From an uncultured Gammaproteobacteria bacterium (GTDB taxonomy: Bacteria > Patescibacteriota > Microgenomatia > Levybacterales > UBA12049), in contig CAZSWA010000002.1 in NCBI GenBank assembly GCA_964610465.1, forward strand, positions 13,423 to 77,422: a DNA stretch of 64,000 nt, read 5' to 3'. Of this stretch, positions 28,979 through 39,228 are shown piece after piece. The number at the start of each line of letters is the position of its first letter. The stretch's first letter is position 1. The notes below the pieces were generated by a model. It did no database searches and was not told where the DNA came from. It saw nothing but the letters and a program-made list of their open reading frames with translations. Made by a program: the position numbers and the translations under genes.

Positions 28979-30064
28979 TTATTTATATGAAGTTTTAAGC
29001 TTTTGTTCTCTCTGAAAGCGTTCAATTGCTAAATCAATAAGTCTATCAATAAGTTCAGAATATGAGATCCCACTTGCTTCCCAAAGTTTTGGATACATAC
29101 TTATTCTGGTAAACCCAGGAATCGTATTAACTTCATTTACATATATCTTTCCATTTTGAAGAAACATATCAACTCGGCTCATACCTTCACCACAAAGTGT
29201 TTTAAAAGCTTTAAGTGCAATTGCTTGAATTCGTCTTACTATATCCTTATCAAGCTTCGCAGGTATCTCAAGAATGGCTCCATTTTCATCAAGGTATTTG
29301 GCTTCATATGAATAGAATCCTTTCTGAGGAATTACTTCACCTGGAAGTGAAGCAATTGGATGTTCATTTCCTAAAACTGAGCATTCTATTTCACGGCCAT
29401 GTATACATTCTTCAATAAGTAGTTTCCTGTCAAACTGAAACGCTTCCTCCACTGCTTTTCTAAGCTCTGACTCATTTTGTACTTTGGAAACTCCAACCGA
29501 TGAACCTAAATTTGCGGGTTTTACAAAGACTGGAAGACCTAACTCTTTTTTTACTCTTTCAAAATTAATCTGCTCTCTGTCTTGCTCTTCATAAACCAGA
29601 AATTTCGCAATTGGCAGCCCTGCATCCCGAAGAAGACGTTTCATTATGTCTTTATCCATACCAACAGCTGAAGCCAAAATACCTGCACCAACATACGGGA
29701 CATTGATAAGTTTTAACAATCCCTGTACACTACCATCCTCTCCATATGGTCCATGCAAAACTGGAAACACTACATCCAAAGCATTTATTACCTGAGTAAT
29801 GCTCGTATTTGCCCTTGGCTTAAGAGATTTTACTGCATTCTCAGCCAATCGTGCAGGTTGCAAAAGGACATCACTGGAGGATTCTGAAATTTCTTTCAGA
29901 GACAATGTGTTATGCCATTTGCCTTTCTTATCAATTCCTATGAGAACAATGTCATACTTCTTTTTGTCTATTGCGTCATACACATTTTCAGCTGATTGAA
30001 GTGAAATTTCATGTTCCGCTGACCTGCCGCCAAACAAAATCGCAATTCGTTTCTTTCTTTTCAT
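28979..30064 (-). CDS. ddl: D-alanine--D-alanine ligase
   Basis: N-terminal ILFGGRSAEHEISL. ATP-grasp architecture. Confidence 0.9.
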   Translation of the reverse strand: MKRKKRIAILFGGRSAEHEISLQSAENVYDAIDKKKYDIVLIGIDKKGKWHNTLSLKEISESSSDVLLQPARLAENAVKSLKPRANTSITQVINALDVVFPVLHGPYGEDGSVQGLLKLINVPYVGAGILASAVGMDKDIMKRLLRDAGLPIAKFLVYEEQDREQINFERVKKELGLPVFVKPANLGSSVGVSKVQNESELRKAVEEAFQFDRKLLIEECIHGREIECSVLGNEHPIASLPGEVIPQKGFYSYEAKYLDENGAILEIPAKLDKDIVRRIQAIALKAFKTLCGEGMSRVDMFLQNGKIYVNEVNTIPGFTRISMYPKLWEASGISYSELIDRLIDLAIERFQREQKLKTSYK

Positions 30065-30097
30065 ACCTTTAAACTAAACGGTATACATAACACGCTC

Positions 30098-31423
30098 TTA
30101 TACAGTTTCTCTCTTTTTCTCAATTGAATGGAATCGTATTCTATCGCCTCTGAAAAGTAAATCTATCTCACCTGTTGGGCCGTTACGATGTTTGGCAATG
30201 AGAAGTTTGGTTGGGATATGTGCGCCGGTACTTTCAATATCTGGTCTGTATAAAAACATGACGACATCTGCATCCTGTTCTATTGCTCCCGATTCACGAA
30301 GGTCCGCAAGTTGAGGTTTTCTCTCTCCCCTATGCTCAACTGCACGAGATAACTGAGATGCAGAAAGAACAGGAACATTGAGTTCACGTGCCAGATTTTT
30401 CAGCGCTTGTGAAACTGCTGAAACCTCCTGTACACGGTTATCATAGCGTTTGCCTGGATCTACAAGCTGCAAATAGTCAACGATGAAAAGTCCAATTCCG
30501 TGTTCAAGTTGCAAACGTCTTGCTTTACTTCTCATTTCAACCAGTGACAATCCAGGGGTATCATCAATAAAAAGAGGCGCTTCTGCTAACTGTCCCATTG
30601 CGTCTGAAATTTTTAGAAAATCATCTTCTGAGAGCCTTCCTGTTTTAAGCCTCCATGCATCTACATCAGATTGCGCAATAAGCAACCTGTCTACCAGTTC
30701 TTCCTTACTCATTTCCAAAGAAAATATTCCAACGGGCACTTTCTCAGCAACTGATACTGATTGTGCAATATTAAGTACCAATGCTGTTTTCCCCTGTCCT
30801 GGACGTGCAGCCAGAATAATAAGATTGGACTTTTGCATTCCTGAAAGTATTGTATCTAAGTCAGTAAAACCAGTTTTTATTCCTCTTAAGCCTGCGCCAT
30901 TTTTATGTAAATCATCTATTCTATCAAAACTTTCAGTAAGAGTTGCTTTAATTGATATAAAGCCTCTTTTCATATGAGATTGAGAAATCGCAAAGATTGA
31001 AGCTTCTGCCTTATCGAGAATATCTTTCACTTCCTGATTTTCTTGAAACCCAATTTCTACGATTTCAGTTCCTGCTTGAATAAGCCTTCTTTTGGTCGCA
31101 TGAGCTTTGACAATAGTGGCATAAAATTCAATATTGGCAGCTGTTGGCACCGCATTTACCAAGTCTGTAAGATAGGCAGAATCAACTTTCTTGATTTGTT
31201 TATTTTTCTTAAGCTCTTCTGTGAGTGTGAGAATATCTATCGCCTGATTTTCTTCATACAGTGCAAGCATTGCTATGTAAATAATGGCGTTGATATCATT
31301 ATAAAAATCTTTTGGACTTAACATTTCAGAGACAAGATTGATAGCATCTTTATCTATAAGAATTGCTCCAAGTACACTTTGCTCTGCTTCATCATTATGA
31401 GGAAGAACCTTTATCTGCGACAT
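30098..31423 (-). CDS. dnaB: Replicative DNA helicase
   Basis: Walker A GQGKTA, a RecA-like C-terminal domain and the DnaB N-domain. The start was moved to the internal ATG (MSQIKVLPHNDEAEQSVLGAIL). Confidence 0.9.
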   Translation of the reverse strand: MSQIKVLPHNDEAEQSVLGAILIDKDAINLVSEMLSPKDFYNDINAIIYIAMLALYEENQAIDILTLTEELKKNKQIKKVDSAYLTDLVNAVPTAANIEFYATIVKAHATKRRLIQAGTEIVEIGFQENQEVKDILDKAEASIFAISQSHMKRGFISIKATLTESFDRIDDLHKNGAGLRGIKTGFTDLDTILSGMQKSNLIILAARPGQGKTALVLNIAQSVSVAEKVPVGIFSLEMSKEELVDRLLIAQSDVDAWRLKTGRLSEDDFLKISDAMGQLAEAPLFIDDTPGLSLVEMRSKARRLQLEHGIGLFIVDYLQLVDPGKRYDNRVQEVSAVSQALKNLARELNVPVLSASQLSRAVEHRGERKPQLADLRESGAIEQDADVVMFLYRPDIESTGAHIPTKLLIAKHRNGPTGEIDLLFRGDRIRFHSIEKKRETV

Positions 31424-31492
31424 ATGCCATATCTTACCTGCCATGAGCATAAATTGCAAATACTACAAAATGGAACACACTTGCTATTTTCT

Positions 31493-32002
31493 CTATTGGA
31501 GAAGTATTGTTTGCATTTCCTGGGGTAATTTATCAACTGTCGTTGTATATTTGGGCATTGTTTGGAGAGAATCTTTTCCAAAATTATTGATAATTTCCTG
31601 CGCTTTTTCACCTGAGAAAATCAGTACATTTGAGGCAAGGGATGTAGCAAATTCAGGGTTTACAACAGAATCAGCAATTGCTACTACCACATTATGTTCT
31701 TTTAATTTGTGTTGCATTTTCTCAAGTGATTTGAGTTGTCCCAGGAGAATTTCTACTCTATCTACTATGAAACTATAAATAGTATCTCCTTCATTACGTA
31801 ATCCTGTAATTTTAATTCCTCCAACTTCATATTCACCAGGTCCGTTTATTATGACTGTATCTTCTTGATTAGATATTTCTTCAGGTGATTTCCCAAGCGC
31901 AATAATACCATTATAGGTACTTCTATCTTGAGGATTTATTGCTAGAGTCGCGTGTTTGCCTTTTATTTTTAAAGCGCCTTTTGGAAGTGTCGTTATTTCC
32001 AT
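31493..32002 (-). CDS. Hypothetical protein (169 aa)
   Basis: ORF directly upstream of dnaB. No family recognised. Confidence 0.45.
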   Translation of the reverse strand: MEITTLPKGALKIKGKHATLAINPQDRSTYNGIIALGKSPEEISNQEDTVIINGPGEYEVGGIKITGLRNEGDTIYSFIVDRVEILLGQLKSLEKMQHKLKEHNVVVAIADSVVNPEFATSLASNVLIFSGEKAQEIINNFGKDSLQTMPKYTTTVDKLPQEMQTILLQ

Positions 32003-32030
32003 GAAGAAAATACTAACATATCTTTACCTT

Positions 32031-32059
32031 CCTTGACAAGAGGATTCTTTTGTCGTATT
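32031..32059 (+). promoter_or_regulatory. Candidate promoter TTGACA-17-TATTAT
   Basis: Divergent intergenic region upstream of the 32151 gene. Confidence 0.3.
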
Positions 32060-32150
32060 ATGAACTCAACGTATGAAAGGCAGGAATTTTGATTCTTGTC
32101 CTTTTATATATATTCTGCTCAGCACTCATCAAAACTCTTAAATCTAATTT

Positions 32151-32579
32151 ATGAAGACAGAAAAAATAATCTTGTCCTTTATTGCAATTGTTGTTGGATT
32201 ATTAGCTGCAGGCGTTGCGTTTTACTTTTACCAAATGACAAAAACCGTTCCTTCTTCCAAAAGTCAACCTATCACGATAAAAACAAATGCTACTCCTACA
32301 CCTGATAGTGCTAACTTATTGACTGTTGATAGTCCAAAGGATGAAGCAGTCTTTGATAAAAAAACGCTTACAATATCTGGGAAAACTGCAACTGATGCAA
32401 CCATTATCGTCTCATCTGAATCAGATGATCAAGTAGTAAAACCTTCAGCCAACGGAGATTATACATTAACTGATACTCTTCCTGATGGTACAAGTACTAT
32501 TCAAATTACCGCGATATTTACAAATGGACAACAAAAAACAATAACACGTACAGTTACGTATTCAACTGAAAGTTTCTAA
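32151..32579 (+). CDS. Membrane-anchored secreted protein with an Ig-like beta domain
   Basis: N-terminal TM/signal anchor and a beta-rich Thr-rich ectodomain. Confidence 0.5.
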   Translation: MKTEKIILSFIAIVVGLLAAGVAFYFYQMTKTVPSSKSQPITIKTNATPTPDSANLLTVDSPKDEAVFDKKTLTISGKTATDATIIVSSESDDQVVKPSANGDYTLTDTLPDGTSTIQITAIFTNGQQKTITRTVTYSTESF

Positions 32580-32580
32580 T

Positions 32581-33465
32581 ATGAAAAAAATTTTATTATT
32601 ACTACTATTACTCTGTATTGTCAGTATAGTTACAATGAAGGCATACGCTGCGACTCCTGCTCCTACAGCTTCAACAAATTCAGATAAAACTGCAAGTTCT
32701 TCTTCTAATGCTTCTTCTTCAGCCAATATCGGAAAAAAACTTGAAGATCAACTCAATGAGATAAAAGAACGTATTGCATCACGTGTGGCACAATTAAATC
32801 TAGTTGAAAAAAGAGCAGTTATTGGAAATGTACAAAGTACTACAACAAGCCAGATAACACTTACTGATTTACAAGGCAATACCAGATACGTTGATGTTGA
32901 TGAAATTACCAAATTCTCATCACCTTCTGCCAAAGGTTCCTTTGGAATTTCTGACTTGACTAAAGGAACAAAAGTGAGGGTATTGGGACTTTACAACAAG
33001 CAAACACAAAGAATTCAAGCGCGTTTTGTAGATGTTATCACTGAACCAACTCGTCTAGTGGGTGAAATAGCAAGTCTTGATAAAACTAATTTCACTCTTA
33101 CGTTAACAACAGAAGATAACAAACAAAAAAATATCGACATTGAAAATTTTACAAAAATCTCAAAATATACCAAGGATGGAGGCATTGCAAAATATGGATT
33201 CTCCAAATTACAGTTGGGAGATTTATTATTTGTCATAGGATTCCCAGACAAAAAAGACTCGACTCTACTTGTCGCTGATAGAATACTTGTGATAGGTGAC
33301 GTAGCAAAAGATCCAAAAATATCAGTAACTGTTCCAACGCCAACTGAGATCCCAGTTGAAAATACTCCATCAAGTATAAGTGGAAAGAAAACGAACCAAG
33401 GCTCACCCACTCCAACTACTAAAACGCCATCTCCAACCGCAAAAGCTTCAGTACCAACGAAATAA
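32581..33465 (+). CDS. Secreted Ser/Thr-rich protein, hypothetical
   Basis: Signal peptide MKKILLLLLLLCIVSIV..AYA and a low-complexity PT-rich C-terminus without LPXTG. Confidence 0.5.
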   Translation: MKKILLLLLLLCIVSIVTMKAYAATPAPTASTNSDKTASSSSNASSSANIGKKLEDQLNEIKERIASRVAQLNLVEKRAVIGNVQSTTTSQITLTDLQGNTRYVDVDEITKFSSPSAKGSFGISDLTKGTKVRVLGLYNKQTQRIQARFVDVITEPTRLVGEIASLDKTNFTLTLTTEDNKQKNIDIENFTKISKYTKDGGIAKYGFSKLQLGDLLFVIGFPDKKDSTLLVADRILVIGDVAKDPKISVTVPTPTEIPVENTPSSISGKKTNQGSPTPTTKTPSPTAKASVPTK

Positions 33466-33477
33466 ATACTTTCTTCT

Positions 33478-34644
33478 ATGAATTTGCTTGAGAGAGTAAA
33501 AAAATTATTAGCTGAAGAGAAACTTGATGCAATTCTCCTATCATCAGTTCCCAATATTCTCTATCTCACTGGGTTTTCTCACTTTTCAAAAGATGAACGG
33601 GAAGCTTTTTTGTTAATTACTAAAAAGAATCAGTATATTTTGACAGATGGACGCTACTCGCATGCAGTGAGAACTCATATCAAAGATTTTCAGCTTGAAG
33701 AAATCTCATCCCATACTCCATTGAAAAAATTACTTTCAAAAATAGTCAAAAAAGAGAAACTTGCAAATGTTGGTATTGAAGAAACCAATCTTACAGTGGC
33801 GGAATACAAAAAATTAAAACCGCTTTTTAAAAAAGTACACCATATCACTTTGCATTCGCTTCGCGAAATAAAATCTCCACAGGAAATTACTTTGATACAA
33901 AATGCTTGTACTATCGGAGATAAAGCGTTTTCATTTATACTGACAAAACTCAAACCTGGAATTACAGAAAAAGCAATTGCCTTCGAACTTGAGTGGTTCA
34001 TCAAAAAAGAAGGTGCAGATTTTTCTTTCCCGGCAATAGTTGCATTTGCAGAAAATGCAGCCGTCCCTCATCACAAAACCGGCACTAAAAAACTTGAAGA
34101 CAATATGCCGGTGCTATTGGACTTTGGAGTCAAGTATAATGAGTATTGTTCTGATATGACAAGAACAGTATTTTTTTGCAAAGCGACAAAGAAACAAAAA
34201 ACTATCTATCACACAGTTCTTGCCGCACAACAGAAAGCAATATACTATATTGAACAACAACTAAAGCTATATTCTTCGAGCGACCACGCTCAGCGTGGGA
34301 ATCGAGAAGTTTCTCCCTATACTAAGCACGACAGTTCTCGACTTCGCTCAAACAATAATCTAGAAGCTTCTGAAGTTGATAAAGTAGCAAGAGACTATAT
34401 TATTTTCCAAAACTTCCCTTCTATTCCTCACTCTCTTGGTCATGGCATTGGTCTTGAAGTCCATGAAACACCTCACCTCTCACCAAAATCAAAAGATGTT
34501 TTAAAAAATGGCATGGTTTTCTCTCTAGAGCCAGGAATTTATGTACCGGATTTCATGGGAGTTCGGATTGAAGATTTATTTACAATACAGGAAGGCAAAC
34601 TTCTACACCTTACAAAATCCCCTAAGAATCTTATTGAATTATAA
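33478..34644 (+). CDS. pepP: Xaa-Pro aminopeptidase (M24B). It carries a ~28-aa GC-rich in-frame insertion.
   Basis: Creatinase N-domain. M24 metal ligands include HGIGLEVHE and D/D/E positions. The insertion at nt 34275-34358 is listed separately. Confidence 0.85.
   Translation: MNLLERVKKLLAEEKLDAILLSSVPNILYLTGFSHFSKDEREAFLLITKKNQYILTDGRYSHAVRTHIKDFQLEEISSHTPLKKLLSKIVKKEKLANVGIEETNLTVAEYKKLKPLFKKVHHITLHSLREIKSPQEITLIQNACTIGDKAFSFILTKLKPGITEKAIAFELEWFIKKEGADFSFPAIVAFAENAAVPHHKTGTKKLEDNMPVLLDFGVKYNEYCSDMTRTVFFCKATKKQKTIYHTVLAAQQKAIYYIEQQLKLYSSSDHAQRGNREVSPYTKHDSSRLRSNNNLEASEVDKVARDYIIFQNFPSIPHSLGHGIGLEVHETPHLSPKSKDVLKNGMVFSLEPGIYVPDFMGVRIEDLFTIQEGKLLHLTKSPKNLIEL
34275..34358 (+). repeat. GC-rich palindromic miniature element inserted in-frame in pepP (family copy B)
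   Basis: GAGCG-ACCA-CGCTC palindrome, GAAGTTTCTCCCT and a TCGACTTCGCTCAAACAATAATC tail. These features are shared with the carB element. Confidence 0.45.
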
Positions 34645-34671
34645 CCCATACATTATGGTAAAATTGTACAT

Positions 34672-35961
34672 ATGTTAAAAGCACAAACATTAAAAGGCTT
34701 TCGGGATTTTCTACCACAGGAAGCCAAGAAACGGCAATACTTCATAAACACCTTACAATCGGTGTTTAAACTCTATGGCTTTGAACCACTTGAGACTCCA
34801 GCTCTTGAATATGAAGAGATTCTTCTTGGGAAATACGGCGAAGAAGGCGATAAACTTATGTATCGGTTTGAAGATTTGGGGAAACGCAAAGTCGCGCTTC
34901 GCTATGACCAAACCGTTCCTCTTGCCCGTGTAGCAGCACAATATGCTTCAGTAAGCTCAGCACAAGGTCAACCACTCCTTCCTATGCCATTTAAACGTTA
35001 TCAAATCCAGCCGGTATGGCGCGCAGAAAACACGCAGAAAGGACGGTTTAGAGAGTTTCTGCAATGTGACATAGATACGCTTGGTACTTCATCTCTTATC
35101 GCAGATGCGGAAATTATTGCTGCTTGCGTAAATGCATTACAGAAACTTGGATTTCAAAATTTTAAAATACTCGTAAATGACAGACGCGTATTTTCAACTC
35201 TTATTGAGCGAGAGCTAGCAAGTGAAGTTGAGATACCACTTATTGTTCGCGCGATTGATAAAATGAAAAAAATTGGTACAGAAGGAGTGATAAAAGAGCT
35301 TATTGACGCAGGAATTGCTGAGCAACGTTCACAAGAGATATTAGATACTATGAAATCCCAGCAAGAATCAGATACTGTTGTCAAGGAAATACGCAATACT
35401 CTTAAAACTCTTTCAATAGATGAGAAATATATTGAATTTGACCCGACACTTGCACGAGGTCTTGATTATTATACAGGCATGATTTTTGAAGTTGAAATTG
35501 AAGGATATAGTGCAGGTTCCGTTGCAGGAGGCGGAAGATATGACAATCTTATTGGTTTATTTACTAACCAACCAATTCCAGCAGTTGGTTGCGCATTTGG
35601 ATTTGACAGAATTATGGAAGCATTGGAAAAACAAAACCTTTTCCCATCAAACCTTACTGAATCCTCAACCAAAATTCTGGTAACTATTTTTTCACCTGAG
35701 TTAAAAGAGCAATCAATTAAAATCAGTTCTCAATTGCGTTTGAACAATATTACTACTGAAATCTACTTAAACGAGAATGCAAAACTTGATAAGCAACTTA
35801 AATATGCAGACAACAAAAATATTCCCTTTGTACTTATTGCAGGTCCTGAAGAAATAAAAAACAATCAGGTAAAAGTAAAAAATATGAGGGAAAGAACAGA
35901 ACAATCATTGACTTTAGATGAACTTCTTAATAAGCTAAAAGATAGCAGTGAAAATCTCTAA
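34672..35961 (+). CDS. hisS: Histidine--tRNA ligase
   Basis: Class II motifs (GFRDFLP, YRFEDL..R, GGGRYD) and an anticodon-binding C-domain. Confidence 0.9.
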   Translation: MLKAQTLKGFRDFLPQEAKKRQYFINTLQSVFKLYGFEPLETPALEYEEILLGKYGEEGDKLMYRFEDLGKRKVALRYDQTVPLARVAAQYASVSSAQGQPLLPMPFKRYQIQPVWRAENTQKGRFREFLQCDIDTLGTSSLIADAEIIAACVNALQKLGFQNFKILVNDRRVFSTLIERELASEVEIPLIVRAIDKMKKIGTEGVIKELIDAGIAEQRSQEILDTMKSQQESDTVVKEIRNTLKTLSIDEKYIEFDPTLARGLDYYTGMIFEVEIEGYSAGSVAGGGRYDNLIGLFTNQPIPAVGCAFGFDRIMEALEKQNLFPSNLTESSTKILVTIFSPELKEQSIKISSQLRLNNITTEIYLNENAKLDKQLKYADNKNIPFVLIAGPEEIKNNQVKVKNMRERTEQSLTLDELLNKLKDSSENL

Positions 35962-36853
35962 AATTCGTCTTGCTGTTATCGGGCTTATTATTGCAAACTT
36001 TATTTGGGGAGCTGCCCCTCCTATATTTAAATGGTCGCTTCAAGGAATACATCCATTCACCCTCGCATTTTTCCGTTCCTTTATTGCTGCAATGGTGCTT
36101 CTTCCTTTCACTATTACAAAATTAAAAGTCAAACGTCGGGATGTGGCGCTTCTTATTCTTCTTTCAGTACTTGGAATGGCTTTTAATATCAGTTATTTTC
36201 TTTGGGGTTTACAATATACCCAAAGTATTAATGCGCCTATCATCTCATCTGCTGCGCCGATTTTACTTATAATTGGTTCTGTAGTTTTTTTACATGAAAG
36301 ACCAAAGGTAAAAGTAGTCTTAGGAACAATTATCAGTCTTATTGGTGTCTCTGTTATAGTTTTCCAGCCGCTGCTTATTACCAAACTAGATGGTGCAGTG
36401 ATGGGAAATGCGTTCTTTGTGGTAGCTATGATGCTTTCTGTATTGTATACCTTGCTTTTGAAAGAAATTATGCCAAGATATAGCTCATTTACTATCACAT
36501 TTTGGGTTTTTGCAATCTCTTCACTCGCACTTCTCCCCTTTGTACTTCTTGAGATACATAACGGACGTATCATTGATGGATTTACTGGACGTGGCATTAT
36601 TGGAATACTTTGGGGAGGATTTATTTCATCTGCTATAGCCTATCTTTTTTATTCATTTGCAGTAAAATATATTGCAACAAGTGAAGTAGGAATTTTCTTA
36701 TATGTTGACCCCGTAGTTACTGCAGTTATCGCGTGGCTCTTACTTGGTGAGACTGTCAATCCTACATTTCTTTTTGGAGCAGTCCTTGTGTTTTTTGGCA
36801 TCTTTATTGCCAAAGGTCGCCTCCACTTCCACCCGGTACATTTATTGAGATAA
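35948..36853 (+). CDS. DMT-superfamily (EamA-like) transporter
   Basis: 10-TM protein with duplicated EamA domains. Confidence 0.75.
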   Translation: MKISKIRLAVIGLIIANFIWGAAPPIFKWSLQGIHPFTLAFFRSFIAAMVLLPFTITKLKVKRRDVALLILLSVLGMAFNISYFLWGLQYTQSINAPIISSAAPILLIIGSVVFLHERPKVKVVLGTIISLIGVSVIVFQPLLITKLDGAVMGNAFFVVAMMLSVLYTLLLKEIMPRYSSFTITFWVFAISSLALLPFVLLEIHNGRIIDGFTGRGIIGILWGGFISSAIAYLFYSFAVKYIATSEVGIFLYVDPVVTAVIAWLLLGETVNPTFLFGAVLVFFGIFIAKGRLHFHPVHLLR

Positions 36854-36917
36854 AATTTATAAATCTATAATTATCTGATTCTGTGTTATGGACTATACTT
36901 ACAATAGTTTCAGTACC

Positions 36918-39176
36918 TTATTGTTTAATAGTTTTCCCTACTTGATCTCGTAAGTTTTTTGTACAATGTTCACAAAATTCATGTTTATTAATAAGCCCTT
37001 CTCTGATTTTTTCAAGCAATTGTTGTTGCTCGAAGTCAGGAGTGTTTGTTCTAAATAATTTTTCTATCATATCTGAATCACTTACAAATTCTTCTACAGC
37101 ACTACGTAATTTTGGTAAAGCTTGTAAGAGAGACTCTGTTGATATATCCTTTCCCTGGCGATGTAAGCTTCCAGTAGCTCTTGCTGCTTCAGATCTTATA
37201 TCTTCACGTTGTTTATTTGATAATGGTACTCTTTCTCCATTACCAAGAACAGGATTGCTACAATCTTCAATTCTATTTAATTCAGATTCTGAGAGAATAT
37301 TTTTTATTTCATCATTATGCCTTTTTTCCAACGGATCTCTTTGCTCATATTCTTTTCTTTTTCCAGGTGATAACATTACTGTATCAATGTAACTATTAAA
37401 TATTCTGTCTCTCTTCTGCTCAAACGATTCTTCTTCAGTTCCAGCTCCTTCCATACGAATTATTTTAAGAAGCCATTTTCTATAATCTCCAATTTCATCA
37501 TCAATGATATGTAACCATGCTTGTTTATTGCTACTAATTGAACTTCGGGTATCTGCTTCTATTTCTTTTCGCAGGTCTACCAGCGCATCAAAAGGACTCA
37601 AGCATTTTGCGCCGTTTTCTTTTGCCTTTAATACGATATTGTAAAATTTATCTGTAATATATGCTTCAGACATGCCGATAGCACCTTCTCCATTCGCTTT
37701 TCCATCTTCTTCAATATCTTTTCTATTTTTTTGAGAGAAACCATCTTCTGATCTACCATCATAAATAGCAAGCTTGATTCTTGGTGTTAATTTTTTATCA
37801 ACAAGCTGTTTGTCTTTAGGTTGCGTAATCCTTGATAATATAGCAACATTCGCAATTCTTTCAGCTCTGATATGCATGGCATCCTTATCAAAAAAACCTC
37901 GTTCTCTTCTTCTTTTTCTATGCAATTCTTTTATATTACGGTAAAACGATATGTCTTTTTTCTCTAATGTCGTTTCTAATTCACTCACTACCTCTGATCG
38001 TGAAAGGCGGTAATGAATATCAACTTTTTCAAGACGTTCTTCAATTGCTTTTGCTATATCTCCTGAGGAATCTTTTTTGCCTTTTTCTTCAATTTCTCCA
38101 AGAAGAGTGTCGTACTCTTCATTCGTAGTTTCAGCAAATATCATAAAATCAAGATTTTCATATCGTAAACTATCTATATTCAAAGATCCGCTGCGAATAA
38201 AGTTAAGTATATCATTTCTAAATTTAGGATCATGCTTCATAAATTCAGCAATATGAAGGATTCCTCCATTCGCGCCTAATATTCTTTTAAATGCGTCCTT
38301 TCTCCCTTCTTCAGAATTAGTATCCTTTGGTTCAAGAGTTGCTACCCCACGTGACAACTGTGACGAGGAGAATGCCACTGGTTCTGTAAGAACTTCTGAT
38401 GGATTATAATGATGTTCTTTTAAAAGAGCTTCACAATGGGCACATAGCCCTCTTGTTACTCCATATGCTTTTCGTAATCCTTGTCTTTCTTGAACTGTTA
38501 TATTTTTCCCTGCGAGAAGAGCTTTTAATGCTGGTTCATTTATTTCACAACCTTTTATTATGTCAAAAGATTCTTTATCTCCAAAATGTTTTACTGTATA
38601 GTCAATTGTGCCTTGTTTAATAGCATCTAAAATAACCGACTTTCCTGATCCACTTGGACCTACAAGGAAAACCATTTTTGAAGATTGTGTTTCTCCTGCT
38701 TGTTTTCTCGCAATATTTTCTATCTGCTCTTTCACTTCTCCCATTCCATCTACTCTCTCAGTTGAATCTCTCATTGATGTATAGAACGTATTTTCCATAT
38801 GGCCTGAAGGAAGTGGATAATGTTCACCTTCCATTAATGCTCTATATACACGGTGGGCAGCATTTCTTGCAGGACGCTTTTCTTTTGTTGCGATTTTATT
38901 GACGAGCTCTTGAACAGTCAATTCTCTATCTACTATTTCTCTTTCTTGCTGTTCACGAGCTATACGTTCAAGAATAGGACGAGGGTCATAATATACCTCC
39001 TTTTCAGGTATTTTTCTGGATTTTCTTCTTGTTTCTCGTGTTATTGAGAGAACTTTAGGTGACGGTAAGATATCAACTTGTGAAGCTCTTCTCACTCTAC
39101 TAGAAGTTACTTCACGAGGAAACTGCCCATTAGAAACGGCATTTAGAGGTAAATCTTCACTTCTTTCAAGACTCAT
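36918..39176 (-). CDS. PrkA-family serine protein kinase-like AAA ATPase (YeaG/PrkA homologue) with an N-terminal extension
   Basis: Walker A LVGPSGSGKS, then DIIKGCEINEPAL (cf. B. subtilis PrkA AIKGCPMHEDPL), and LHIAEFMKHDPKFRNDILNFIRSG (cf. MEFQEMLKCDEKFLWHLLSLTQEG). Two CxHC pairs. Confidence 0.7.
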   Translation of the reverse strand: MSLERSEDLPLNAVSNGQFPREVTSSRVRRASQVDILPSPKVLSITRETRRKSRKIPEKEVYYDPRPILERIAREQQEREIVDRELTVQELVNKIATKEKRPARNAAHRVYRALMEGEHYPLPSGHMENTFYTSMRDSTERVDGMGEVKEQIENIARKQAGETQSSKMVFLVGPSGSGKSVILDAIKQGTIDYTVKHFGDKESFDIIKGCEINEPALKALLAGKNITVQERQGLRKAYGVTRGLCAHCEALLKEHHYNPSEVLTEPVAFSSSQLSRGVATLEPKDTNSEEGRKDAFKRILGANGGILHIAEFMKHDPKFRNDILNFIRSGSLNIDSLRYENLDFMIFAETTNEEYDTLLGEIEEKGKKDSSGDIAKAIEERLEKVDIHYRLSRSEVVSELETTLEKKDISFYRNIKELHRKRRRERGFFDKDAMHIRAERIANVAILSRITQPKDKQLVDKKLTPRIKLAIYDGRSEDGFSQKNRKDIEEDGKANGEGAIGMSEAYITDKFYNIVLKAKENGAKCLSPFDALVDLRKEIEADTRSSISSNKQAWLHIIDDEIGDYRKWLLKIIRMEGAGTEEESFEQKRDRIFNSYIDTVMLSPGKRKEYEQRDPLEKRHNDEIKNILSESELNRIEDCSNPVLGNGERVPLSNKQREDIRSEAARATGSLHRQGKDISTESLLQALPKLRSAVEEFVSDSDMIEKLFRTNTPDFEQQQLLEKIREGLINKHEFCEHCTKNLRDQVGKTIKQ

Positions 39177-39228
39177 GATTGAGATATGTATAAATGGCAG
39201 TTATTAAACGGTCAGTTATAGAACACTA

